DNA of 64,000 bases, from contig CAWDML010000009.1 in the NCBI GenBank assembly GCA_963803435.1, forward strand, positions 1,248,001 through 1,312,000, given 5' to 3'. Made by a program: the position numbers and the translations under genes. The notes below the pieces were generated by a model. It worked only from the letters and a program-made list of their open reading frames with translations, made no database searches and was not told the origin of the DNA. This document shows, piece by piece, positions 8,346 to 23,102 of the stretch (position 1 is the first letter of the stretch; the number at the start of each line of letters is the position of its first letter). The stretch is from an uncultured delta proteobacterium (lineage in GTDB: Bacteria; Myxococcota; Kuafuiibacteriia; Kuafuiibacteriales; Kuafuiibacteriaceae).

Positions 8346-10457
8346 GTGAACGCCCGCGCGCGATCGCCGGTGGCCTTCGGCCCCTACATCATCACCCGGC
8401 GGATCGCCCGCGGCGGGATGGCCGAGATCTACCGCGCGCGAACACGGAAGGGTGACGCGCGTTGGGTGGCGGTCAAGATGATGCGACCGTCGCTCGGCCA
8501 CGAGGAGCTGCGCGCCCGCCTGTTCCAGCGCGAGGCCCGGATCGCGAGCAAGATGCTCCAGGACAACATCGTTCCCGTCTTCGAGTTCGGGACCGAGATG
8601 GATCGCCCCTACATCGCGATGGAATACATCCGCGGGCGCGATCTCTCCCATCTGCTCAAGAACGAGAAGAAGGGCCGCGAGCTCATCGACTACGAGCTCG
8701 CCCTCTACATCGGTCTGCTCGCCGCCGCCGGGCTCGGGCACGCCCACCGCCTCATCGACGAAGAGACGGGACCGCTCGGCATCGTTCATCGCGACATCAG
8801 CCCCGGAAACGTGATGATCGGCTACGACGGCTCGGTCAAGGTCCTCGACTTCGGCGTGGCCCGCATGAACGAGACCCAGGGCGTCCACACGCAGACCGGC
8901 ACGCTCCGCGGCAAGTTCGCGTACATGTCGCCCGAGCAGACGCTGGGCGAGGACCTCGACGCGCGGAGCGACGTGTTCTCCCTGGGCACGGTCCTCTACG
9001 AGCTCCTCACCGGGATCAACTGCTTCCGGGCCCAGAATCCCATCGCGACGCTCGAGCGGGTCCAGGGGCTCCGCCCGGTCCCGCCGAGCCGAGCGAACCG
9101 TGCGATCCCGAAGGTCGTCGATCGGATCCTGGCGCGCTGCCTGGCCAAGGACAAGAAGCGCCGCTTCAAGGACTGTCGCGCGCTCGAGGACGCGATCGGC
9201 GACTTCCTCGATCGACGCCGACCCGATCTCCGCGAGCGCGTCGTCGCGCACATGGAGAAGGAGTTCTCGTGGGAGAAGCACGAGGAGGAGCAGGAGCTCA
9301 CGCGCGAGGAGGAGGAGGTCGCGCTCTTCGACGTGGTCGACTTCGCGCTTCTCTCCGAGGTGGGCGGGCTCGACGCGCGCAACGTCAAGGTCGCCGAGGA
9401 GGAGGAAGCCTCGCAGGCCGAGGTCAAGCGCGGCGGGATCCGGAAGGAAGAGGAGGGCCAGGAGGTCTTCGACGAGGCGTCCGCCCACGAGCAGCCGACC
9501 AGCCGGATCTCCAGCGAGCTTCGTCAGCGCGTGGGCTCGATGCAGCGCCTGACGGACGACGAGGACAAGACCGTCGCGCAGCCGTCGCTCCCGCTGTTCG
9601 AGCACAGCGAGGACCAGGTCCTCGAGGGCCAGCTTCAGGTGTCGTCGCTGTTGAGCCAGGCCGACCCGGACACGCTTCCACCCTCGCCGCATCCGATCCT
9701 CTCCAAGGCCGCCATGCCTCTGCAGCGGCTCACCACCGAGCCGGGGACCTCGCCGCCGACGGTCGTTCCGCGAGCCGGCCTGCCGTTCTACAAGCGCCCG
9801 ATCGCGGTGGCGCTGGCCGTCACGCTGCTGGTCCTCGCGGTGGCCGGCGCGGTCACGGTGGGATCGCAGGGCGAGGAGCCGGAGGAGATCGAGCCGGACT
9901 TATCGCCGCCCACCACGAAGCTCGAGCCGATCACGCTGACGCTCGACGATCCGCCCCCCGCCAAGCGGGCGGAGCCGCCCGAGCCGAAGCACCACAAGAA
10001 GCTCCGTCTGCCGGGCGAGGGACCGGAGATCGCGACCGACGAGGCCACGCCCGTGTCCGTCACGCCGCCTCCACCGCCTCCGCCCGCGCGGATGGATCCA
10101 CCGCCGCCGCCGGTCGTCCGCCGCGTCGATCCCCCGCCGCCGCCGCCGAAGCGCGAGCGCGAGCGCGATCATGACCGGCGCGGGCCGGATCCGCAGGTGA
10201 AGAAGAAGGTTCAGAAGCGCTCGGCTCGCAAGGTGGTGGCCACCGGGTTCCTGAACGTGGGGGCCCGGCCGTGGGCGCACATCACCATCGACGGCAAGCG
10301 CTGGCCGTACCAGACCCCGCAGGCGGGCATCGAGCTGCCGGCGGGCAAGCACCAGGTCACGCTCACCAACGACGAGACGGGCGTGACGAAGAATCAGTCG
10401 GTGATCATCAAGGCGGGGGCGTATCGGACCGTCATGCTGGACATGCGGAAGAAGTGA
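8346..10457 (+). CDS. Membrane-spanning Hanks-type Ser/Thr protein kinase with Pro-rich and PEGA-like C-terminal region
   Basis: IARGGMAEIY, VAVK, HRDISPGN, DFGVAR, GKFAYMSPEQ and SDVFSLG; TM segment IAVALAVTLLVLAVAGAV; C-terminal GFLNVGARPWAHITIDG...LPAGKHQV. Confidence 0.92.
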   Translation: MNARARSPVAFGPYIITRRIARGGMAEIYRARTRKGDARWVAVKMMRPSLGHEELRARLFQREARIASKMLQDNIVPVFEFGTEMDRPYIAMEYIRGRDLSHLLKNEKKGRELIDYELALYIGLLAAAGLGHAHRLIDEETGPLGIVHRDISPGNVMIGYDGSVKVLDFGVARMNETQGVHTQTGTLRGKFAYMSPEQTLGEDLDARSDVFSLGTVLYELLTGINCFRAQNPIATLERVQGLRPVPPSRANRAIPKVVDRILARCLAKDKKRRFKDCRALEDAIGDFLDRRRPDLRERVVAHMEKEFSWEKHEEEQELTREEEEVALFDVVDFALLSEVGGLDARNVKVAEEEEASQAEVKRGGIRKEEEGQEVFDEASAHEQPTSRISSELRQRVGSMQRLTDDEDKTVAQPSLPLFEHSEDQVLEGQLQVSSLLSQADPDTLPPSPHPILSKAAMPLQRLTTEPGTSPPTVVPRAGLPFYKRPIAVALAVTLLVLAVAGAVTVGSQGEEPEEIEPDLSPPTTKLEPITLTLDDPPPAKRAEPPEPKHHKKLRLPGEGPEIATDEATPVSVTPPPPPPPARMDPPPPPVVRRVDPPPPPPKRERERDHDRRGPDPQVKKKVQKRSARKVVATGFLNVGARPWAHITIDGKRWPYQTPQAGIELPAGKHQVTLTNDETGVTKNQSVIIKAGAYRTVMLDMRKK

Positions 10458-10464
10458 CGGGGGC

Positions 10465-10665
10465 TCAATCCGCGCTGCCGGCGTCGAGCCCGGCGGCCGT
10501 GCTGGACGTTCCGGACTTCACGCAGACCCACCGCGTGGGGTGACACTCGTAGCCGTCGACGCAGTCGTCCGGACCGCGGCAGGGGTACGTCATTCCGTCG
10601 ACGTCGTAGTCCGCGAGGCAGGCACAGAGAAGCGGGAGCAGCAGGATGAGGAGCGCGCGCCTCAT
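10465..10665 (-). CDS. Small Cys-rich lipoprotein
   Basis: MRRALLILLLPLLCAC lipobox, then YPCRGPDDCVDGYECHPTRWVC. The ATG overlaps the restored stop of the upstream PEGA gene (ATGA). Confidence 0.7.
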   Translation of the reverse strand: MRRALLILLLPLLCACLADYDVDGMTYPCRGPDDCVDGYECHPTRWVCVKSGTSSTAAGLDAGSAD

Positions 10666-11927
10666 GGGGAGTCGGATGCTATCAGATCGTAGACCATCCA
10701 GGCTGCCATTCCGGTGATCGCGGCGGTGCCGACCCCGAGCAGCACTGCGCCCGAAGTAGCGCGGAGGTTTACGTCGGACTCTCAATCGAAGGCCTCACGC
10801 TGCGTGAGCGCCCCTTCGCGGGACATCAGATCCTTCTGTGCACCGACCGCCAGCACCCGGAGCGCCACGCCGCCTGCGATCGCGGCCGCGCCCGCGCCCG
10901 CGCCGACCCATGCCCACCCGGAGATACCGTGCGGAGACCCGGCGCCCGTGTCGAACATCTGCGAGAGCGCGAGCCGCACGCCCTCGTCCGAGTCGTCGGC
11001 CTCGTACCGCTGCGCGTCCTCACCGGAGGCGCCGACGCTCCGCAGATTGATGCGGCCCTGATTGAGGCCGGCCACCACCACGACCACCGCGCCGGCCTCG
11101 GCGCCGAGCTCGAGGACGCGGGAGGCGAGGGCGGGGCCCAGCGGCTTGGCGGCGGGTTGGCGGCGGAGCGCGGCCGAGATGTCCGAGGTGAGGAGAAACT
11201 TCGCCTCCTGCGGGCCCAGATTGGAGGTCGTGACCCAGGCGTCGGCGGCGAAGTAGCCGCTCTCGGTCACCTCGACGCGGTGGCTCCCGGGCCGGACGTC
11301 GAGCTCGAGCGGAGTCACGCCGACCTTGGCGCCGTCGAGGCGAACGTCCGCACCCGGTGGAACGGTGGTCACCGACAGCTTGGTGTCGGACGCGGGCGTG
11401 GCAGACTTCAGCCGCTCGATGAGCTCGGGCGGCCAGGTGGGCGGGCCTTCGGCGCCGTACCGAGTGGCGTACTCGAGGATGCGCTCCGTGATGTGCTCGT
11501 CGTTGCGGAGCGCGTAGGCGAGGGCGACGCCGAGCGCGAGCCGCTCCTTGTCCAGCTCGACCGACTCCTCGAGGCCGAGCACCGGCGCGAGCAGCTCGGT
11601 CGCCTTGGCGTAGCCGGCCTGGGCCTGGTCGAGCTCGAAGTTGCGGAGCGCTCGCTGCGCCTTTCTCAGCGCCCGCTGCGCGCTCTTCAAGGTGTGGGTG
11701 GGCCGCTCCGGCTCGACCGAGGCGAACAGGCGACGTTCGATGGTCTCGTCGATCGACGTGAGACCGGTGCGCTCGGCGAGGGCGGAGCGCACGCGCGATC
11801 GAAGGGCTTCGGCGTTCGGACCGTCCGGCTTCAAGCCGATGGTGGCGACCGCCACCCGGATCGGCTCGGCGCGCGCTTCCGGCGCGATCGACGCGATCAG
11901 CGAGACCGAGAGGAGGACCCGCCGCAC
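10662..11927 (-). CDS. PEGA-domain exported/membrane protein with an internal in-frame TGA at 10782-10784
   Basis: Signal peptide and PEGA domain (LSVTTVPPGADVRLDG...GVTPL...PGSHRVEV...GY). The same frame continues past the TGA with a second hydrophobic helix up to a stop at 10662. Confidence 0.75.
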
Positions 11928-11951
11928 GACCCGGACGCTAACACGGCACGG

Positions 11952-13127
11952 CTACCCGATTGGATCCTCGATCGCCTTTCCCGTGGCGTCCTTCACCAGG
12001 ATTGCGCGAAACCCGTGAGCCTCCGCATAGGCGCGCGCCTCCACCGCGGGAATGACGACCGCCCGCTCGCCCCGGCGGCGGCGACGTGCCGCCTCGTCCG
12101 CGAGCTCGGGCGGTACCACGACACCCCGGCGGCGGGGCGCCTCCGCCGTCGAGCCGATCAGAGCCCCCACGTCGATCGCCAGGCCGACCGCGGGCTCGTC
12201 CCGACCAAAACGTCGGAGCAGCCCATCGTAGCGGCCGCCGCTCATCACCGCGTCGGACGCGCCCTCCACGTATCCTGCGAAGAACGGTCCGGTGTAGTAG
12301 TCGAGGCTTCGGCGCTCCCCCAGATCGAAGGTGAGCGAGACCTCCGGGTGAGCGTTCGCCAACGACGCCGCCAGCGCCTCCAGCTCGTCGAGCGCCGCCG
12401 CCACCGCCTTGGGCGCGCCCGCCAGCAGGCGCCGCGCCCGGGGAAAGATCCGGGCGTCCCCGTACAGATCGACCAAGACCTCGAGCCGCGGCGCCAGCGC
12501 TCGCACGCGCGCCGCGTCCTTGCTCGCCAGCGCACGACCGATCTCGATCGGATCCGCGGTGCCGTCGAGCAGCGCCTCCGCGATCGCCGAGTGGCCGAGG
12601 TCGATCGTCACGCGCCGCCCGACCGCGCGGAAGCACTCGGCGCCGATGGAGAGCACCTCCAGATCCGCCTCCGGACCTCGTGCACCGATCAGCTCGATCC
12701 CGGACTGGAAGAGCTCGCGGGCGGACATCCCCCGGCCCAGCGGGTCCGAGGCGCGCGCGATCACCCCCTGATAGGCGATCCGCAGGGGCCGCGGCGCGCT
12801 CCCCATCCGGGCCGCCACCATGCGCGCGACCTGCGCCGTGAAGTCGGGCCGGAGGACCGAGACCTCGCCCGTGGACGGATCCACCAAACGGAACGCCGAC
12901 CGACGAGCGCTGTCGCCCAGGCCCACCTCGAGCGTCTCGAGCAGCTCGACCATCGGCGTCAGGACCTGCTGGTAGCCGTACAGATCGAAGACGTAGGCGA
13001 GCGCGTCCTGATGCGTGCGAAGGGCGTGCGCGGTGCGGGGCGGATGGTCGACGACGCCCTCGGGGAGGCGAACGTTATTTCGCGAACGCCCCTTTTGTGA
13101 GGGAGACTGTGCTTCGGCGTTGCCCAT
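11952..13127 (-). CDS. hisZ: ATP phosphoribosyltransferase regulatory subunit
   Basis: RLPEGVVD, YGYQQVLTP, LRPDFTAQVAR, RELFQSGIELIG, LDYYTG, GGRYDGL and AVGLAID; HisRS-like and lacking the anticodon domain. Confidence 0.88.
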   Translation of the reverse strand: MGNAEAQSPSQKGRSRNNVRLPEGVVDHPPRTAHALRTHQDALAYVFDLYGYQQVLTPMVELLETLEVGLGDSARRSAFRLVDPSTGEVSVLRPDFTAQVARMVAARMGSAPRPLRIAYQGVIARASDPLGRGMSARELFQSGIELIGARGPEADLEVLSIGAECFRAVGRRVTIDLGHSAIAEALLDGTADPIEIGRALASKDAARVRALAPRLEVLVDLYGDARIFPRARRLLAGAPKAVAAALDELEALAASLANAHPEVSLTFDLGERRSLDYYTGPFFAGYVEGASDAVMSGGRYDGLLRRFGRDEPAVGLAIDVGALIGSTAEAPRRRGVVVPPELADEAARRRRRGERAVVIPAVEARAYAEAHGFRAILVKDATGKAIEDPIG

Positions 13128-13142
13128 GGAGTCCGAGGAGCG

Positions 13143-14123
13143 ATGTACCTCCTGAGGCGTCTCTTGCAAACGATCCTGCTGCTCGGGTGCCTCTCGGTCG
13201 GCCTTTTCTTCCTCTTTCACCTCATGCCGGGCGACACCGAGGAGGAGCTCCTCGGCCAGAACCCCGCGCTCACCGCGGAGGAGGCGGCGCGAATCCGCAG
13301 CCTCCGGGGGCTCGATCGTCCCATCCTCGACCGCTACGCCTGCTGGGTGATCGGCCGTCGCAAGTCGGCTTGCACCTGGTGGCCCTCCGGCGGGCTGGTG
13401 GCGGGCGATCTCGGCTTCTCCTCGGTCCATCACCTCCCGGTGACCGCGGTGGTGGCGGAGCGGCTGCCCAACACGCTGCGACTGATGGTCCCGGCCCTGA
13501 TCTTCGGCCTCCTCCTCGCGATCCCGCTGGGCGTGACCGCGGCGGTGCGAAAGGATCGATTCGCCGATCGCGTGATCAACGCGTTCACGTTCGTGGGCAC
13601 GGCCGCGCCGGTGCACTGGGTCGCGCTCCTGTTCGTGCTGCTCTTCGCGATCGAGCTCCGGTGGCTCCCGACCGGAGGCATCCACGCGATCGGCGACCCG
13701 TCGCTCCGATCGACGATCGTCCATCTGCTCCTGCCCGTCGGCGTGTCCGCGATCTTCTTCGCGGGCCGCTGGGCGCGCCATCTTCGCTCCGCGATGCTCG
13801 AGGTCCTCTCGTCGGAGTTCATCGACGCGGCCCGCTCGAAGGGGCTCCCAGAGCGAACGGTGGTGTATCGCCACGCGCTCAAGAACGCACTCCTGCCGTT
13901 GATCACGGAGGTCACCCAGACGCTGCCCGCGCTCTTCTCCGGCACGCTGGTGATCGAGCGGATCTTCTCGTATCCGGGGATCGGGCTGCTCATCTTCGAG
14001 AGCGTGGAGCGGGACGATCACCTGGTGGCGGTGGTGGTGGTCTTGATCTCGGCGGCGCTGACAGCCGCCGGAATGCTGGTCGCCGACCTCGCATACTACG
14101 CGGCCGACCCGAGGACCCGGTGA
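13143..14123 (+). CDS. Peptide/nickel ABC transporter permease (DppB/OppB-like)
   Basis: MPGD, GLDRP, GDLGFS, RLPNTL, ARSKGL, HALKNALLP and ERIFSYPGIG. Confidence 0.92.
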   Translation: MYLLRRLLQTILLLGCLSVGLFFLFHLMPGDTEEELLGQNPALTAEEAARIRSLRGLDRPILDRYACWVIGRRKSACTWWPSGGLVAGDLGFSSVHHLPVTAVVAERLPNTLRLMVPALIFGLLLAIPLGVTAAVRKDRFADRVINAFTFVGTAAPVHWVALLFVLLFAIELRWLPTGGIHAIGDPSLRSTIVHLLLPVGVSAIFFAGRWARHLRSAMLEVLSSEFIDAARSKGLPERTVVYRHALKNALLPLITEVTQTLPALFSGTLVIERIFSYPGIGLLIFESVERDDHLVAVVVVLISAALTAAGMLVADLAYYAADPRTR

Positions 14124-14941
14124 TGACGAAGCCGGCGGTGATCTTCCTGGTGGTGGTGGCGGTCCTCTGCTTCGGCGCCCCGCTGGCCGGGCTCGACGCC
14201 TACCACCTGGATCCGAACGCGCTCTACGCACCGCCCTCGACGGCGCACTGGCTCGGCACGGACGCCGACGGCCGCGACTTCCTGGCGCGCCTTCTCTACG
14301 GCGGGCGCGTCTCCCTTCTGGTCGCCGTGATCACGGCCGCCGCCGCGGTCTCGCTGGGCGCGTCCGTCGGCCTGGTGGCCGGTTACTTCGGCGGCGCCGT
14401 CGACGCCGTGATCATGCGCGTGATCGAGGCGAACCTCTCGATCCCCAAGCTGCCGCTCATGCTGCTGATCGCCGCGCTCGATCTGCGGCGGTTCTTCCCC
14501 CCGAAGAGCGAGCTCGGCTCGATCGCCACGGTCGCGATCGTGGTGGCGCTGTTCGGGTGGACGACGGCCGCTCGGCTGGCCCGCGCCGCGACGCGCTCGC
14601 TGCGCCAGCAAGACTTCGTGGTCGCCGCCCGCGCGCTGGGCTTCTCGACGCTCCGCATCCTGCGCCACCACGTGCTCCCCTCCGCCGCCGCGCCCTTGAT
14701 CGTCGCCACCACGCTCTCCCTCGGCGAGATCGTCCTCTACGAGAGCGTGCTCTCCTTCCTGGGCCTCGGCGTCCAGCCTCCCGTCCCCTCGTGGGGCGCC
14801 ATGCTCGCGCGCGGCCTGGTCGACCTCTCCCGCGCCCCCCGCCTGATCGTGCTCCCCGGCCTCCTCACGTTCGCCGTCGTGGTCGCCTTTCAGCTCGCCG
14901 GCGACGGCCTCCGGGACGCGCTCGATCCCCGCACGAGTTGA
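14123..14941 (+). CDS. Peptide/nickel ABC transporter permease (DppC/OppC-like)
   Basis: HWLGTDADGRD, GGRVSL, FVVAARALG, ESVLSFLGLG and GDGLRDALDPR; overlaps the upstream stop. Confidence 0.92.
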   Translation: MTKPAVIFLVVVAVLCFGAPLAGLDAYHLDPNALYAPPSTAHWLGTDADGRDFLARLLYGGRVSLLVAVITAAAAVSLGASVGLVAGYFGGAVDAVIMRVIEANLSIPKLPLMLLIAALDLRRFFPPKSELGSIATVAIVVALFGWTTAARLARAATRSLRQQDFVVAARALGFSTLRILRHHVLPSAAAPLIVATTLSLGEIVLYESVLSFLGLGVQPPVPSWGAMLARGLVDLSRAPRLIVLPGLLTFAVVVAFQLAGDGLRDALDPRTS

Positions 14942-16791
14942 CATTTCTCCCCCCGCCGTCGTTCACCTCCACGGTCATCGCCGACACCGAGATCAAGAAG
15001 ACGCAGGTCGATCTCCTCGGCCTGATGGAGGTCCTGGGCAAGAACCTCTACTCGACGCCCACCGTGGCGATCCGAGAGCTCGTGCAGAACGCGCACGACG
15101 CGTGCGTCCGCCGCAGCCTCGAGGATCCCTCCACGCCCGACCTTTCCATCGTCGTCGCCCCCCGCGGCCAGCGCATCATCATCGTCGAGGACACGGGCGC
15201 CGGCCTCACCAAGGATGAGATCGAGCGCTACCTCGCCACCGTCGGCGCCGGCTACACGCGCCGACTCCGCGAGCAACCGTCGGCCCCGAAAGAGGCGGGG
15301 CATCCCGGCTCTCAACTCATTGGTCAATTCGGGCTGGGATTCCTGACGGCGTTCATCGTCAGCGAGCGCGTCGACGTCTACACCACCTCGTACCGGGCTC
15401 CCGGCGAGGGCTGGCACTTCTCCAGCAAGACCGGCGAGCAATACACGCTCACGCCCATCGATCCCCGCCCCGTCGGCATGCGCGTCGAGCTCGTGCTCTC
15501 GCCGCGGTTCACGGACCTCGCCGACGAGGAGGTCCTGGCCCGCCTGCTCGAGCACTACTGTATGTTGCTGCCCATTTCGATCTACGCCGACGAGGCGCGC
15601 ACCGAATGTGTGAACCCGGCGCCGCCGCCCTGGCGCGTCCCCGATCTCTCCCCGCTGCGCCGCCGCAAGCTCTCGCTCGAGCTGGCGCAGCGCTTCGAGA
15701 GCTTCTTCGAGCCGCTCTGCACCTTCGATTCTCGAAGGCGGCCCGGCCGAGGGTCTGCTCTGGATCCAGGACGGCTCCACGTTCGCGACCTCCGACAACC
15801 GCAACGTCGCCGTGTTCGTCCGCGGGATGATGGTGAGCCGAGACGAGCGCGAGCTCCTCCCCACCTGGGCCGGCTTCGCAGGCGGTGTGGTCGAGTCCGA
15901 TGCGCTCTCGCCGACGGCGAGCCGGGAGGATCTCCAGAAGGACGAGGTCTATCGGGCCGTCGCCGCTCAGGTGCAGCGCACGCTCGTCGACGGCCTCTCC
16001 CGCGCGGCCCAGGACGAGCCTGAGACCTGGAACCGCGTCCTCATGCGCCACAACGAGGCGCTCCTCGGTGCGGCCCTCTGCGATCTCTCGCTGTTCGATC
16101 TCCTCCAGGACGAGCTCACCGTCCCCACCTCGGAGGGCGAGCTGACGATGCCGCAGATCGCGCGTCGCTCGGGCGATCGGATCTTCGTCTCGATCGGCGA
16201 GAAGGGCAGCTTCGAGGAGACGCTCTTCCGTGCGCTCTCCAAGCCGGTGGTGCTCGGCACGCGGTACGCCGCCTTCCCCTTCGCGGTGCGCTGGGGCGAG
16301 CGGCGCGACCTCCCCGTGATCCGGCTCGGCACGCCCGAGGGCAACCGCGCCCTCTTCACGCGCGCCGAGGTCGATCCGGAGGAGCGCGCGCTCCTCGAGC
16401 GCCTCCTCGTCGACGGCGAGCAGGAGCTGGTGCCGAGCGTGTTCGAGCCGGCCTCGCTCCCGCTGGTGCTGATGCCGGATCGCGAGGCGATGCTGAAGGC
16501 GCGGCTCGAGGCCGACGAGGCCGACCGTCGAATCGGGGCCGCGGTCCTGGGCTTGGCCCGCCTGTACACCGACACGATCGAGTCGCGCGCCGAGGCGCGC
16601 CTGTACGTCAACGTCGGCTCACCGGTGATCCGGAAGCTGCTCTCGGCCCCGGAGCCGAAGCGCACCGCGGCCGGCGGGCTCCTGCGCGGGCTCGCCGGTC
16701 TGATGGCCAGCCACTCGGACGAGGCGAGCGCCGAGCAGCTCGCCGATACGCTGGCCCGCTTCATGACCAGCGTCGAGCAGCTCCTGGAGCC

Positions 16792-16795
<4 letters not shown>
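14938..16795 (+). CDS. Divergent Hsp90/HtpG-family ATPase (frameshift near 15730)
   Basis: GHKL motifs LYS...RELVQNAHDA, EDTGAGLT and LIGQFGLGF. The second frame carries the middle domain (FVRGMMV, LLPTWAGF, LSPTASREDL). The TTG start overlaps the upstream stop. Confidence 0.85.
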
Positions 16796-21681
<4,886 letters not shown>

Positions 21682-21739
21682 GGCGCCTCGCCTGAGACCC
21701 ACCCTCCGCGAAGAAGCGCGCGCGCTTCTCTCCCTCGGC

Positions 21740-23020
21740 GTGCCGATGATGGTGGCCCAAGGCGGCCTCATGACCATGGGGCTGGTCGACAGCTTCATCG
21801 TCGGCCGTGTCAGCGCGCGCGACATGGGCGCCGTCGCGCTCGGCAACGGCGTCGCGGGCGTGCTGACGGTGCTGGGCGTCGGGCTGGCGATGGGCATCGA
21901 GCCCCTGGTGTCGCAGGCCCACGGCGCCGGAGAGACCGAGGGCGCGCGCCGCTGGCTGTGGCAGGGCGTGTGGCTCTCGGCGATCGTGGCGCTGCCCCTG
22001 GCGATCACGATGATCGCGGTGACCAGGCTGTTCGCGCCGTTCGGCGTCCCTCACGCCATCGACACCACCACCACGGCGTATCTGTGGGCCCGCCTGCCCG
22101 GGGTCGGCTTCAACACCATCTACACCGCCTGCCGGTCCTATCTGAGCAGCATCGGCCGTACGCGTCCGATCCTCGTCGCGGTGATCTCGGCGAACCTCCT
22201 CAACGCGATCGCCGACTCCGTCCTCGTGTTCTCCTTCGGACTGGGCGCCGTCGGCGTCGGGGTCGCCACCTCGATCTGCTGGATGCTGATGTCGGCGATC
22301 GCGCTGGTCTCGGTCTTCGCGCCCGAGGCCCGCGTGCGGAGGGGCTTCCAGGTGGTACGCCCGCACGCCGCCGATCTCCTCAAGGTGCTGCGCCTCGGCT
22401 ATCCGGTGGGTCTCCAGCTCGCGGTCGAGGTCGGGATCTTCGCGCTGGTCTCGCTCATGATCGCGCGGTTCGGCGAGACCGCCCTGGCCGGGCACCAGAT
22501 CGCGATCACCTTGGCCTCGGCGACGTTCATGTGCGCGGTCGGGATCGCGGTCGCGTCGACCGCCCGCGTCGGTCACCACGTCGGCGCGGGCCGCTCCGAG
22601 CTGGCGCGCCGGACCGGGCTCCTCGCCATGGGCATGGGCGGCGCGTTCATGGCGCTGGGCGGAGTGGTGTTCATCCTCTTCGGCGAGGCGCTCGGGCGCC
22701 TGTTCGCGCCCACGGATCCGGTGGCCGCCCACTACGGTGCGACCCTCCTCCGGATCGCCGCCGTGTTCTCGATCTCGGACGGGATCCAGGTGGTCGCCGC
22801 AGGGGCGCTGCGGGGCGCGGGCGACACGAAGTGGCCGTTCTATGCGAACCTCCTCTCCCACTGGTTGATCGGTCTTCCGCTGCTGCTGCTCCTCGGCCAC
22901 GTCCTCGGCATGGGACCGGCAGGCTACTGGTGGGGCCTGACCGCCGGTCTCAGCATCGTGGCCGCGATCCTGTCCGTCCGCTTCGTCCGCCTCTCGTCGC
23001 GACCCATCGCGCGGGTGTGA
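21740..23020 (+). CDS. MATE family efflux transporter (NorM-like)
   Basis: About 12 TM segments; DSFIVGR, LVSQAHGAG, LAGHQIA, DGIQVVAAGALRGAGDTK and GYWWGL. The true start may be slightly upstream. Confidence 0.92.
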   Translation: MPMMVAQGGLMTMGLVDSFIVGRVSARDMGAVALGNGVAGVLTVLGVGLAMGIEPLVSQAHGAGETEGARRWLWQGVWLSAIVALPLAITMIAVTRLFAPFGVPHAIDTTTTAYLWARLPGVGFNTIYTACRSYLSSIGRTRPILVAVISANLLNAIADSVLVFSFGLGAVGVGVATSICWMLMSAIALVSVFAPEARVRRGFQVVRPHAADLLKVLRLGYPVGLQLAVEVGIFALVSLMIARFGETALAGHQIAITLASATFMCAVGIAVASTARVGHHVGAGRSELARRTGLLAMGMGGAFMALGGVVFILFGEALGRLFAPTDPVAAHYGATLLRIAAVFSISDGIQVVAAGALRGAGDTKWPFYANLLSHWLIGLPLLLLLGHVLGMGPAGYWWGLTAGLSIVAAILSVRFVRLSSRPIARV

Positions 23021-23102
23021 TCAGACCGACGTGATCGCGGCGACCCTCGGACGATCGACCGAACAGAACCGGTGCCCATGCGTCGTAGGACACCGAGTCG
23101 AA

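Noticed and set aside
10782-10784. Selenocysteine codon
   Set aside because: There is no redox motif context and no recognisable SECIS hairpin, and this is not a selenoprotein family.
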